Positions 13,773 to 27,818 of a stretch of 60,000 bases of DNA are shown here, piece after piece. Position 1 is the first letter of the stretch; each line of letters opens with the position of its first letter. The notes below the pieces were generated by a model. The model saw only the letters and a program-made list of their open reading frames with translations. It ran no database searches and was not told the DNA's origin. Where the stretch lies: contig CM119371.1 in the NCBI GenBank assembly GCA_051294905.1, forward strand, positions 2,048,001 to 2,108,000, given 5' to 3'. Made by a program: the position numbers and the translations under genes. The DNA comes from Botryllus schlosseri (Eukaryota).

Positions 13773-13871
13773 GGCTCATAGCAACCCGTGTGGTTGTCGT
13801 GTGAAGACCGGTTAGGAACAACTGCTCCAACGTCATTACAAAAAATGCTAACAGTTGTGACGTTGACATAC

Positions 13872-14030
13872 CTTCAACTTTTATCGACGACACTTCTAGG
13901 AAGTTTCGAACACAAAGTCCAGTTGTAGAGAAAGAGACGTTTGGATTTTTCAGTTTGGCCCGTTTTGCCTCTTCAATCGATCCACGTTTCTTCCATTCTG
14001 TTGTGCTGAGACCTTCAGCGGCTTGCGTTC
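13872..14030 (-). pseudogene. RBM28: RBM28-like exon 'C' (linker plus start of RRM4)
   Basis: tag|GTQAAEGLSTTEWKKRGSIEEAKRAKLKNPNVSFSTTGLCVRN-(shifts)-PRSVVDK-LK|gtatg vs human [54 protein letters not shown]. Confidence 0.85.
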
Positions 14031-14798
14031 CTACACATGAAGACACAGTTGGTCAATGTAGTGAGCATTGCAATTTTCTACTAGTGTTAATTGGTTAATC
14101 GAAGGTGGCTACTTTCGACGTAGCTTCACGACTAGGGCAAAATGATTCATGACACTAACACACAATACACAGGTATCATCTTCAAAACTATTTTCAAATA
14201 CTGTGACACAGGGGGCAGTCATCCACTAAAATAAGTGATGCAACTTACCCTTGAACCCTTGAAAACATTTCAAAATTCAAATTGTGAGAGAAGTAGTTTG
14301 ATCTCAAATTTGGCCTGTGTGTTGTCTAAAAACACAACCAGAAGTTCATCATGCAGTTCAAGTATGGTACCGTACTGAAAATTTTCAGGAATTAAAATGT
14401 AGTCAGATGCTACTGCAGTAATAATTTTCACAGTAAACTTCAAGTTGTAACATTGAATGCAAACTTTACAAGTTGATGGATGATAGCCATTAAGATAGCT
14501 AAAAAGGTTGAGAACCACTGGTCGATTAGCAGTCATACGGGAACAATATCGCTTAGAAATTATGATGAATTACCAATATACAAATGTATCGGAACGTGAA
14601 CGTTACTTTGACAAAATCTGTTATTCGGAAGTTTATGATATCATGCCACGCCATAGACTGCAGGTCTGCCCAATATATTACAATTTTACATCTCAATCTG
14701 AAAATGCAACAAGTTGTAGGCTAGTCCTCTTGTGAGAAAATACACATCAAATTTTGAGGTGATTTAGAAATTCGTTACGTATCTTTCTGCATCGTGTC

Positions 14799-15287
14799 TA
14801 GGGCTGAGAAAAATCGAGTACCTGAACGAATCGATTCTGAATCACGAAATATGCTTCGAGCCATATCAAGTAATCTAGTATCACTCATTACGATGTCCTA
14901 CCATTTTTGCCACCACTAAGATTAGAACATATTGCCTGTTAGCCATCTTATAAAATATGCTTTAGTATACTTTTTGATCATACCGATTTCATTCCACTCG
15001 GTGACAATGTTGTGTGATAATCATGACTTCGGAAATGTGCTTCGTCCAGTAACCTTCGTAGCTTTGTACTAAATGTTCCGTATGCTACAATACCGCCAAT
15101 AAGGTTTTAAGGCTTCGAAAGTGAAAATAAGTATCACAACTATAATTCTTGTTGATAAATTAACTATCAGTGGTGAGAAGCCTATAATTTCAATACTCGA
15201 AAAAATCGTTTTTTACTACTCGACTCGAATCATTGAAATTGATGCTCCATTCAGACTCGAGTTCTCGAATCATCGAGCCCAGCCCTA
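14799..15287. mobile_element. About 490-bp hAT-like MITE (TAGGGCTG family)
   Basis: TIR tagggctg / cagcccta, perfect TSD atcgtgtc. Confidence 0.92.
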
Positions 15288-16274
15288 ATCGTGTCATGAC
15301 AGAGATGATGACCTACTTTTGACTTACCATGACAACACAATTTACAATGCTGTAATTTTTATATCAAACTGTTTAAGCAGCCTATACCCTACAACTCGTT
15401 TCAGAAGATTTTGATTAGTTAAGTCGAAGAAGAATTGTCAGAAAAAAAATCGTAAAATTTCAACCGTACATTCTATGTACATATGAACGTAAAATAGAGT
15501 TTAACCAAAGACCAATGTTGCAGCCCTTTGAAAATAAACCCAAGAATCAAAATAAAGTCGGTGGTTCTTAACAGGACTGCGCCTGACGGAAACTTCAACC
15601 AGTTGGATTTGTGTCAGAAGCATGTTGGAAGCTGTCTTGATTCTATCATGTTTGGCAGGGTGTCGGACTGATACAGAGATGCCAATGATTGTATATTGAG
15701 GTCTATTGAGCTATTAATACAGAGGTGATTTTCAAGCTGTGATATGTTATCGTATTTATGACCTCACAACCTGTTGTAGTGGTCTGTAAGAGAGAAAAAT
15801 GGGATATTTGGCATCGGCATCATTTACCCATGGCTCAGCAGCAAGAAGATAGTACCTTAGAGTTGTTCAACACACATATGAATAGATTTGCGCAGCCGTG
15901 GAAGCATGGATACAACTGCAGTGGAACACGGTGTTATGGAAGAAATTTATTTGCAGTACGGTGGCTTTTTGAAGAAAATATCAGTGGTCGAAAAATTTTT
16001 TCTCATTTTATTTTCAATTGAAGGCTATTTCATATTTAGAGCGCAACACTACTGAAAATAATCATTTTAGAATACTTTTGAGTATCCACATTTCCTTGTA
16101 ATTGCAGCTGCAAGATTACTCTTTTTCATTATCAGAAAACAAAATGTGGTCAAATGTAAATGCTGGTTTTATTTCCGTTTATTTACTCTTGAAAAAATTG
16201 CCAACCACTCGCCATGAGTACGTCACCACCACTATACTGAAAAATTTGTTCTGTATATTGACCCCCACAAGTAC

Positions 16275-16424
16275 CTGGTCGTACGAGCCTTGATCTGCCA
16301 AGATGCAAATCCTCTTGTCCCACTCCTAATTCTTTTACTTCTTCTGTTGGCTGAGCAACCTTTACCCTTCGGTTCTGCTGACAGCTTGATATACTCGAAG
16401 CTCATTCCCGTCCAGGGTCTCGCT
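16275..16424 (-). pseudogene. RBM28: RBM28-like exon B copy
   Basis: tttag|SETLDGNELRVYQAVSRTEG*...DKR/DLHLGRSRLVRP(G)|gt; the phase joins exon C (G|GA = Gly). Confidence 0.75.
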
Positions 16425-16539
16425 CTAAAATGGCAGTCACCAATAGGTTTACAGCCAGTCTTGTACAAACTACCAATCTAGTTAGTTGGCGATCAACTAA
16501 CTACTGATTATTCAGTTATTTTTGGGCAAAAATTTTCCG

Positions 16540-16880
16540 TTAACCCCATGAAAGTGTAAGGTTGTCTATACTATAGAAACTATGCTCACCAAATTTGGTT
16601 CAATTCCAACCAGTGGACCCCAGGCTAATACTCACCAGAATTGATAGTATATATAATAGGGGTTACCTTATTTAAGCCTGCACACCAAATTTGGTTCAAT
16701 TCCAACCAGTAGCCGCATTGCTACAGGAGAACAAAGTTTCTATTTATTAAAAAAATAAATAACAGAAAATTTGAAAATGTTCTGTTTACCCCATGAAAGT
16801 GTTAGGTTGTCTATACTATAGAAACTATGCTCTCCAAATTTGTTGTTCAATTCCAACCAGTGGAAGCAAAGTTATTGCCG
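16540..16880 (+). repeat. Local repeats of the ccaaatttggttcaattccaaccagt motif (palindromic-MITE family remnant)
   Basis: Three copies; related sequence at 35125-35160, 35866-36010 (hairpin) and 36495. Confidence 0.65.
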
Positions 16881-17079
16881 TCAAAAAATTTGGATTATTA
16901 ATAACATAGTAGCCTATTTGCGGTGACCAATTCTTTAATTATTTATTATAGTGGTGCCCACCGTAATACTATTTTATTCTAGATTTTCTGTCTAAAAATT
17001 AAGTAGCTTACACATGACTCGCAGACTGCCGAACAGTGATGCAATGAGACATAGGCCTATGTTACAAAATAATTTCTAC

Positions 17080-17227
17080 CTTGGCATAGCAAATATGTCC
17101 ACACTCATTGAAAGGCTTGCCCAAACTGTCATCCGTAACACCCAACGACAGATTTGAATAAACACCTGACGCCCTTCGATAACAGCGAGAAATGTCTCGA
17201 TGTCGCATATTGTTTTGGACTTGACAA
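17080..17227 (-). pseudogene. RBM28: RBM28/Nop4-like exon 'Z' (RRM3 RNP2 and helix), frameshifted
   Basis: tttcag| acceptor and AAG|gtag donor. Translates AVIEGRQVFI-(1-nt shift)-NLSLGVTDDSLGKPFNECGHICYAK, resembling human RBM28 [36 protein letters not shown]. The phase-0 end fits exon A. Confidence 0.75.
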
Positions 17228-19070
17228 CTGAAAGCAACCAAGCATTAAGACCAAGCAAACACAGTATGCGCCGGAAATATCGTTTTACGGGCCTCTTGTG
17301 AATGTACCGGTATCTATTTTTCCAATGTCGCCAACTGTACTCCTAGAGTATAATAAATGTAAGCAATATATACAGTAGACACCCAGGTTGATATGGAAAT
17401 GAATGCCACTCAAGTAGAATAATGAAATATTTTCAAGCAGAGTCAAGGTGGTAGCAAACATTGTTGCTACTCAAGAACAATACAGTAATGAAATATTAGC
17501 TGGGAGAGTCTAGAGATAGTTCATAACATTAATGATAATCAGTATAGTTGGCGAATTTTTCAATTGGTGGCAAAAATTTCAAAGCAGACAGAAATGAGAG
17601 GGAGAATCCTATAATATTGTCACACTTGACTGATTTCTATACACAATGACCTCCAACTCGAGCTACATGTAGGGCCGAGCAACAAAAATTATTAGGCCTA
17701 ATCTCTTACATGACAGAATAGACCAATCCTTATACCATAGCAAAGTGAACAGGATTTCTAGGTCCAAGTAGCTCAATTACAGACGCAATTTCAAATCTGC
17801 CTTGGAAAAGCTTTCCAATTTCACAAGTGAATGATCATTAAAAGCTTGTTTTTCATCATGCTATAACTTGGACGCTATACTTATGGTATGTATATGTAAT
17901 TCTTGCAAATAAATAGATATTTACTAAGATATATTCCACTAGGTTATGAACCAAACTTCTGCAAAATCTGAAACTTGATGGAGTCCAAATCTATTTTCAT
18001 GGCACAAACGATCCCTTACGCTGGATTGATCAGGGCTCAAGGTTAAACTTGATCAGACTTCGCAACATCGTTTTACATTGAGGCACATATTATTTATAGG
18101 ACCAAGACTCAGTCATTTGCGTACTGGTACTCGAATCTGAATCGAATAGGCCAACCATAACTGTAATTATTCGAGTCGATTTTTTGGACTAATGAAACTT
18201 TACGCCCAGTTCCATCAAAAAGCTATAATTGCATCAATTTTCTGAAACCTCGATTGGTCGTATCTCAACATACGAAACATGTTTTACAAAGTTTGCACAT
18301 TATCGTAAATGATATTTCTGTGTAGCTGGATCGACTTGCAACATTGTCACGAAGCCAAATAAAGTATTTTCGAAAAATACCTTGTCATCATCATGTGGTG
18401 AAGAGCCGGCCTTATGTTTCATAGTTGCATGAAAAGTAGGCTACATACTCAAACGTTTAGGTCTCCCAGACTAGATATACTTGTATCGTCATCATAAGTG
18501 ATTATCAAATACTTGATGTGAAGCCAGACTACAATCACTCATGTAGGCTTACCGGTATTCGATTTTGCCCAGATGTAAGCCTGGTAATTACGAGCAAACC
18601 TTTTTCCTGCATGATTTCGTCTCCAGCATCATCGTCCATCGGTAATTCCATTTCAAGACAACAACACAGTGACCCACTAGGTCTCAGATTTTCATGTCAT
18701 TTTAGGAGTGAATCTAGTACGGTATCTAGCACTGAGTGTAGAGAACATGATTTTTCGCAATATTATTACAATGAAACCATTTTGCGCTCACTCAACGATG
18801 AAGTTTAATTAGTTTCACATTACCTGTTACAGTACAATCACAAAACAGCGTACTGAAGTAGTTAAGAGCGAAGGATGGCGTCTAATAACAGAATGCAAGA
18901 AACTCTTGATACTGAAGGGAAAATTTTGGCACTTCTTCGATAGTAAGTAGACATCGAACAGTGTTCACCAATCACCATGATCACCAATGAATGTTTCCCA
19001 TGAACACGAATAAAAATTTATAAACGTCAAAATGAATTGTTGTTTTCTTCTGTCTTTGTAGAGACGGATA

Positions 19071-19315
19071 TTAGGGTGGGGGGTATTAGGATTTGGGAAA
19101 GAGGGATATTTGGGCATGGGAGGGGATGGTAGGTTATGGGAGGGGGGATAGTAGGGTTGGGGGATTGGAGGTGCGGTTTATTGAGGTTTCGATACTAAGG
19201 TTTGAGGAAAGGGGGATTGGAGGTGTGTTAGAGTCAAAGTTGGGGTTGGGTTATCCCAAGATTAGGGTTGGTGGATATTAGGGTTAGGGAAGGGGGCACT
19301 AAGAAGGGGGCAGGG
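19071..19315 (+). repeat. G-rich low-complexity tract with degenerate TTAGGG units
   Basis: Dense G-runs with few C; ttagggttaggg near 19278. Confidence 0.8.
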
Positions 19316-22300
19316 CACAATATTTTCTCACTGGCTTGATGAATGTATCAATTTACACAACATGACAACATTCTCAGGTCATTTATACAGACACAAATTC
19401 AGATCTTCCTAAAAAAAGCTTGCTTTCATCACGCGACAACTTGAAAACTTCATTCAAAATGGATGCCGGTAGGCGGTAGCTATCTACTCAACCATAGCCT
19501 TTCACAAGCTGACGAGTCGAATTTCAGCAAAATCTGCAAGTTGATGGAGATCAAATCTCTCCTTGGTTCATTTGACATGAAATTACATATACACAGTAGT
19601 TACCTAATGTCACAAACAATCCAGTAAGCTGGCTGTTTGACAAGGTTGTTTGGCAAGGTTGAACTTGATCCGAATTGTAGCATCATTTTATATTCAGTAA
19701 TTGCATTCTCGAGCGAGGCAGGAACGGACGATCGATACTCCATGGAAACTCGAAAATCATGTATGAAAGAAGCTGTAAGCCAATATGGAATCGGTGTCAC
19801 GTGCAGACTAAAGACTCTATACTTACTACACACAGGTGTGAAGCAAGACGCTGAGAACCGTCTTGGCACACCAAATATATCACGCTAAACGTACCAGGAT
19901 TACATTTTCGAGCATATTGATTGAACTTATTTGAACACATAAACACTTCTTTCTTGTCGATGGCGATTTCCGGAGTCCGGGGTTCCGGTATCGACTATCA
20001 ATAAGTCATGTTACTATTTCAAAAGATTTCACATCAGACCAAACCTTTCATAACACACTCATCCAGCAAAAGGCCATCACAATTTTGAGTTGGTAACCTC
20101 AATTCCTATCGATATACCAAGACTGTAGTATTGTATGTGTGGACGGTAGAAGCGTGAAACGGTATGCCTATGCTATGCAGCACATGGTCTACAATCAACA
20201 TATCAAGCTAGGTTAGGTTTGCGTATTCGCCCATTCGGCAACATGGAGATCCATCTATTCTTCCTAAATTCAGGTGTAAAACATCACCATGTCGTTCTTA
20301 TTCGCTTTATCCAGTAATATAAGTGAGTCAGTCTGTACTCTGAAACATATTAGCTATATCTCCAACGTCCAATCGAACTAAAACTGGTATTAGAACACTC
20401 GATCAGCTGATTTCATTCCATGTTTTGACTCAGAGCCATTGATGCACGTGATACATTAGCTCCACCACGCGGAATAACGAAGGGCGTCAAATATATAACA
20501 TCATGCAGTTCGATATTACATTTCCTTCATAATCTATTTGGTTTTGTCATCTCTCCGAATGCTATTCTCCTGTACCTATCGATATTGTCGGATCAATCGA
20601 TAAAGCCCACATTCAAATAGGGCACGTATTATAAACATTTGAAAGAACTATACTGCCAGAAAGGTGAGTAGCCATCGATGCATGACGCCCTTTGAAACCG
20701 AGGATACCGCTTGCCTAGTAACCGCTGTATGTATATCGTTTTGCACTTGCCCTATGCCAGGGCCGGGCAACCTCTCCGATCGGTGAGCCGGATATGGGAA
20801 AATTAAGGACTTGGCGGGCCAGATTACAGAATATATATATTTTACCTTAATCGAGATTTTATCTACCTCTGCAAGAAATCAATTGTATTCAATGCAAACT
20901 TCAAGTTTAAAGCATTGATATCAAAAACATTATGTAATGAATTTATTTACAACAGCTATTGAAGTCAATCAGACCTCCATGGCCGCTCAATACTGTCAAC
21001 TAGTTTTTTGTACTCTGATTGCATGTCATATGCACAAACCCGTAGTGATGACTGCACGCGAACATCAGTTATATTGGAACGCAGCCCTCGTTAATGTTCG
21101 TGGCAGTGTTGGGATTAAGTCACTGCCTTCGAATCACAAGTCATCTCGAATCATTCCACATTTTGACTCTATTCAAGTCAATTCACTTGATTTTCATAGG
21201 TGAGAATGGTCAAGTCAAGTCACTCGATTTTTGGAGGCGACCCGAGTCACGTTGACTCAAGTCAAGTCAAGTCACGAGTAAAGTCAAGTTTAAATTTCAA
21301 AGTAATATACGTGATTCAAAGTCATTACTAGGGCTATTTTTCTGACACGTCAAAAAAAGTTAATTTTTTTGTCACATAATGAGTTCGATTTATCAAGCTG
21401 TTCTTTTGTAAATCACACTAACATGTAACTTAGTTACTCCCGCCATTTATCGGCTTCAAAAATCTTGTGTTTTTTGGCTGTAACTCGTTTTGTGTTCACA
21501 ATAGACAAAACGTTCTTCTTAAGACTGATAGAAACATGATGTTTTGGCAGCTTTCATGACCCTACGACTAGTGGTTGTCGAGATGGGCAATTTCACCCCC
21601 TCTCGCGCAGAAATTGGGGGGATGCCGGCTGGAAAATGGAGGCAATCCCCTGAAACCAATTTGTATTGAAGTTTCAAGTCATTTTTCGGGACTTAAAAGA
21701 CCCTTTTTTCAATTTGAAAAGAAAGTCATTTTCACTCCACCCTACACGCATGCCTATTAACATTCCAACATTTAACGACAAATGACAATACATATCCTCA
21801 CATCTTCACCAAGTCTACGACCTACCTCTCATCCGAATTAATTTCTGACGCATGAAACAATTGTCTGGCATTTATCCTGATTGCTACACAACCTTTTGTC
21901 AAATTGTACGCATTCGCGTAAAATAAACTAAAGAAAATGCAAGGCTCATATAACTGATTAATATTTATTTCAAATCAATTCTATACATTTTATAACATGA
22001 AAACGCAGCCCAATACAACACAAAATCATGGAAATTCCAGGCACTACTCTCTAAGTGTAAGATGAAGATACTCATTAGGAGTCATTACCAATACTCTTTG
22101 AGTTATAATGAGTTGTGGATAATGTCAGTATAATTGCAAATTAGTCAAAATGGACGTAAGAGTAATTTATAGAATGTCAAGCAGCAAATCATAATATCTC
22201 AGTAAAATGGGAATATTGAATCAAATTCATAAGAATATTTGAAACTCTTTGTTATGGATGGACAATTTGCCTATTTTTCAGTCAACTATGGTGCATCAAG

Positions 22301-25268
22301 TCATTGAGAAGCAATTAATCTCATGCCAATATTAAACGAGCACATCAAGACTCAAGAGGGATAAGCCAATTATATTATGCTTGAAGCATTTAGAAACACC
22401 AAGGTAGCAGAAAACTTGGTCATTGGTCATAGAAGCAAGAAAAATCGTTGGCATGAAGTACAGCGACCGTCATTCTACAGAATAATATCAAGGTCATGAA
22501 ATATCTTGGAAATGGAAGTTTTGAACTCGGTAAGTTTACATTTCAACACCTCCTGAAGTCAACTGTACTAAAGATATAGAGAAAGATCACTAGATCATGA
22601 TGGAACATGGAGAATCATACATAATTGACATTACAATGGATTTCATATACTACACTACATTCATTTTCAACAAAATTTTTAATTTTATATTTTCTTAGGG
22701 TTTTGTGAAGTATTAAATTTCTATCATAATCCATCACACAAAACGTAAAGACAGTACACAGTACACACTGCACAGTACAGATCTAACAATATAACACTTT
22801 TATCATTTTTCCGTATATATGATTTTTATGTAATTTTTATTATAATCAATTATTTTATAGGTGTAGGACGATGGTATATATTTATTTTATCCCGCGAGTC
22901 GATCCCAACTTGCGAGTAAATCCTTAAAATAGCAAACAATTGAACAGGATAACGGCTTGAACTCTACTGTAGTCAAACAACCTTCGCATTCAACTCCATT
23001 CAACCGGTAATTTGTGCCGTAAAACATTCCTCTTCGGAAATATGTAGGTTCGACGTGACGTTTATGACATTACCGTTTTCGCGGATTTGTGAAACTTTAT
23101 GCAACTGTTTTGGTAACTTAATTGTAAAATGCATATTAGAAATAGTTTCATGAAATTGCATCGATTGAACGTGAAATAGTCAGTTTGAATTCTAAAATGA
23201 AACGCAGTAATTCTGCTCTGCACGTCTCAATTTTGTTGATGACGATTGGCTCTTGTACACGAGTAGCAATGTTGCATCTACTGCCTTTTCCACAACTCCC
23301 TGAAAAACAAATACCTCTGAATAAATCACTATCCCAGTTAATCAATTACGTCAGCAAACTATTCGGACTATGAGCAGAAAATTAACTGTTTGCAGGGGTA
23401 TGTCATAACAATGCACAAAATAGAATTTGACTTGCTGTAGAGTACCTGGGATCAGAGTCGGATGAATCGTAGGGATTGAATCTACAGGACGATTCGGCAT
23501 TTGAATTGTCGCGAGACGATTCTCATGTATCGTTAGCACACAATACAATATACGGTAACATATTTAGTCAGTACACGAATTTCATGAAAATAAGCCTGCA
23601 GACAACACATGACACATCGTATCGCGGGAGCGGTATTGGCTGGGACGGAGTACTTGCTAAAGGACTTTAACAGTTAACATTTCGATTAAAGAAATTGCGG
23701 TGCTGTTAGCAATATCGAGTATCAATGACACTCGAAAAGTAGCTATTGGCTTATTTTATGGAAAGCCTAAACTCTTGGTGACGATAAGCGTACTTCTGCC
23801 AGAATTGGATAATTAGATAATTCTAGTTGTCTAATTAGAGCAAATGCCGGTAATGTAACTTGAATCTATTTTGTGAAATGATTCTCTGCACTAATTCTAA
23901 TCTAATTTATATTTTCTAATTTTAATTCAAACCCTATCTCTGGTTTTCCTATAAATGCTACTGAGACAATTGTGTAGTGCGAAACGAGCCAAGCTTGTTG
24001 GGCAGACATTTGCTATTATCATTCTGATTTGATAGTAACGGAGCTGGATCCAATGACCTAGTTTTTTGCGGATTCAGTTATTCTAATCCCAATCTAATTT
24101 GGAAAAATGTATAGCTATAACTACAGTTTTATTCTATTTTGAAAAAAGTATCGCGGTAATTATAATTCTACCATAAATTGGAAATAACTGTGTAGCGTCA
24201 ATTCTTATTCTACTGTATGTTGAAAGAAAATTATAATACTAATCAATTTTGCAAAAGCAGGAAATCTTCTAGATGACCAAGTCTGACTGGGAATTAATCT
24301 GAAATCTTGTCGATTTGCAGCACAACTATCGAGCACATTCAAGACGAAGTTTACGAAAAATTTGTAAGTTGTCACGCGCGATTACCTAAGAAAAGTATTC
24401 GACAACCAGTCCCAGTAATAATATTTGAAATGCACATACTTCAGTACTTTTCAAACTTTCATTTACACTATTGCTACATGCACCCGAGTAAAAAATGAAC
24501 GGGATCACTCCAACTTCTGTTTGAGTTTAATCAATGACTATTTCGATAGTCTCTTTAAAAATTATCAGACAACATATTACGACCAATAACCATATTTATT
24601 TCACCCCCAGCAGCTAAACAATCCGAACGCATTAATTCTCGACCTACGCCGTATTGACATATAAATTCTTCGAGTATCTCATCAAATCTCAGTTTCATAA
24701 TACAACGAATATTTCTCCCAATAAAATGAAATCTGTGTGGTCAGAATGCAGCAAACAATCATGAATTGAAGTGACGCATTATTGCCGAAGATCAACATTA
24801 GTATATATTGACAGAGGTGGTCAGTAACCAACTAACTCCACTTTTTCAAAGTATAAAAGTACGTTTTGCCCACTTACACTACTTGGTTAAGTAGCTATTA
24901 GTTTAGACTACTTCTACTTCTATTTGACAACTTCAATTTTTTTCAATAAAACTAGGACTGATATGAAAAGTATGTTGCGACTCGATGTGAAATGATGCAT
25001 GACAGCGCTATTATATTCTTGCAGAATAAACAAAGTCTTTTTTCCACAAAGCTACGTGTGATGCACCGCGTGTCAACGTTATGATGTCACTATCCGACAT
25101 CACATCAGTTAATATTATATATTAATTTTCATAATACACAGTTTGCGTCACAATATTTCTAAGCTATTGTTTGAGACCGAATGTGCATGGGAATGGATCG
25201 ACGATGTAATGGAAGGATAAATCTCAACTCTCATTTTAGAACGGTCAGACTTCGCAACATCTACTCAC

Positions 25269-25320
25269 CCCCGATAAAAATCCCGGTCGAGTCGCCTCCA
25301 GGCATCCGTTTCTCGGATCC
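25269..25320 (-). other. Putative small exon of an unknown gene
   Basis: cttatttcag| ... |gtgagt consensus sites; reads IRETDAWRRLDRDFYR. The paralog near 54765-54805 reads KDAWQRLDNDFHR|gtgagt. Confidence 0.4.
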
Positions 25321-25747
25321 CTGAAATAAGAAATAAGTTATATAGCTTAAAATGCTTGTTAGCAAAAGATGTATGCATCCTATGAATTGTGCTCTGTTGC
25401 TGAGCCTAGTGCGTTATATTTGAAACAGTCATCAGGTTCAAAGAGAGTTGAAATCATCAAAAATATTTAAATGAATCGTGTCCTACGATACACGGTGGTT
25501 TAGTTATGACAAGCGTAATGGACTTGCGCTTATCTACTATTTGAAATCCGAATCCTATTCCTGATGATACATTCAAATCCAAGTACAAATCCATGTATAA
25601 TTTTGTCTCGCGTCCATATTCGCGTCCAATCTGGTAATGGCTGAAACTTGATCAAAAAGTGCCATGAAAATAAAAGTTGCGTGAAATTCTATGTCAAAGT
25701 AGGGATGAAAATCCATCTTCGAATGAATCGTAAACCATTATCTCTAG

Positions 25748-26108
25748 CAGTGGTTCCCAACGTGAGCGATTTGGCGGTCTAGGGGGGCGAAAATGACGAA
25801 GGAGGCGATTGGGGGCGAAAATGGACAAAGGTGGCGAAAATAGCGAAGGGGACAATAGGTGGGCGATAGCGCATTAAAACGGCTATATTGGAGTCAAGTC
25901 GCAGAAATGAATTTTTTTAGTCAACCCACGAAAATTTAGCTGCGAAAGTGTAAAACTTGGATATCGAGCCGAAAAGATGATTTTTTTATTCAACCCGCCG
26001 GTGATTAGAGTTTGTACGCCCATTTTTCGGTTCGCAAAATGTGGGGGGTGATGATCGCTGTGGTGCTTGAAAATGGGGCGTTGATTCGAAAAAGGTTGGG
26101 CACCACTG
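25748..26108. mobile_element. hAT-like MITE specific to duplicate copy 1
   Basis: TIR cagtggttcccaac / gttgggcaccactg, ggggcga repeats; absent near 55240. Confidence 0.8.
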
Positions 26109-26918
26109 ATATAAAGCCAAGCAAAAGAGATGACACGTGACCTCAATAACATAGAGATGCATAGAGTGGATTCGCAAAATCGTGAAATTATTTGTTATAG
26201 TTTCCGTTCAAAAGCGGTGGCTTTCAAAGGGAACATTGCTGCGGCCAAAATGTTTTTCACACTCTCCACTTTCATTTCAGACAACATTATATTTAGAGCG
26301 CAGTGTCGTTTTAATATGTTATAGTTATGTCAGTGGGCAGTGAAAGGAGAAATCACACACAATATGATGCCCGGCAGTACAATGCATATTACATATAGCT
26401 AATCCGATTAGATATGGGAATGAGTGAAAGTAACTCTAATCGATTTGTAAATTTATAGTAGGCCTACTTGATTAGGTTGGACAAAACGATTTCGGATTTA
26501 ATGCAATGTTATTGAATATAATTCAGTTCTACCTAAAAGAATGCACAATGCACATGAATGATGAAATGATTCGTATCAACGCCAATATAAAAAGTGGGAT
26601 GCTGTATGACATAAAACCACGAATCCTGCAGAGATGTGGTCAATAACGCAGTAACTCTACTTTATCAGACTGCTCAAGTAGTGCTGTCTACTTGCATCGC
26701 TTAATCAAGGGTTGTCATTTTAGACTACTTCTGTTTCTAATTCTTGTCACAGTTGTTAGTCAAAAGTGCTTACTTTATACAATATTGATTTTGAAAGTAT
26801 CAAGTTGTTCCTAGCTGCGTATTCGTCATCGTTTTCAGTGAAATTCTTATAGGAGCCGCCTTAAATAGCACATGTATCACGGTGACTGCATGAACATATT
26901 TTCAAAGATTCCACTCAC

Positions 26919-26997
26919 TTGCCGTGTCATTAGTCATTTTGCATTAGCAGCGTAGATATACCTTGGAATTTCGAAAGTAGATATCTCCTATTAACTG
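26919..26997 (-). pseudogene. Putative decayed small exon
   Basis: tttcag|QLIGDIYFRNSKVYLRC*CKMTNDTA|gtgagt. The paralog at about 56244-56322 shares the in-frame stop. Confidence 0.3.
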
Positions 26998-27818
26998 CTG
27001 AAAGTATGCGGCCCTTCGACCAAATCTACTTTTTGAAACTATTTATTTCACTACATTTCAGACTAATACATTTTCTACTTCCACCTCAAGTCAATTTGAG
27101 ATTTCTTGGAAATTGCTACTTCTACTTGTATATCAGCAGCAGCTTACGGCGCTATTTGTCGTTCTACATGAGTCTTAACTCTGACTACTTTGACTACCTC
27201 TAATCATTCATGAACTCGTGTTAGCAACTCTCAGAACCGATCATAGTCCGCTTGGTCACCAGATGTCCTAAATAAGCTACATTTCGTATTAAATTTGTTC
27301 CATAGGTATATAAGCATATGAAATTGGTTTACAAGTTTCTTTGGCACATTGTCCCCTTATCAAGCTCGATATATCTTTATCACACCCCATAATGGTAAAG
27401 TACTATCAGCAGCGAAGTAGTTGTGTAGTACTTATTATTATATACTTGTTTCGCTTACTCAAGTAGTTTTGTTCGTATACTACCTCTACGTCAACAATTT
27501 TTATATGGGGAATACTTGTTTTTGCAAACTTGACATTCTCAAGTGAAGTAGCTTTTGACCCACGTTAATGATGCCTTGCTCCTAAATTGATATGCAAGCT
27601 CACAATCAGCAACATATGAGAGATAATGCCTGAATTCCCTACTACAATTATTCGTATTAAGTATGGGATTTCGAATGAAAGTAAAATTCATGAATACCAC
27701 GCGTTATCACATAATCCTGATAACGACACTATGTCATGCATGAAACTAAAGCCCCATGATTTCTAGCGTTAGTAACGAATTAGACCTGAATTGACCCCTT
27801 CATTCAAAGTGATCGCGC

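Noticed and set aside
13633..14046. 137-aa ORF as a standalone gene
   Set aside because: Only 13872-14030 is exon-like; the rest reads through intron and MITE sequence.
19600..19888. ORFs open on both strands and in both duplicates
   Set aside because: They are short with no recognisable motif or clear splice sites; conservation is explained by the duplication itself.
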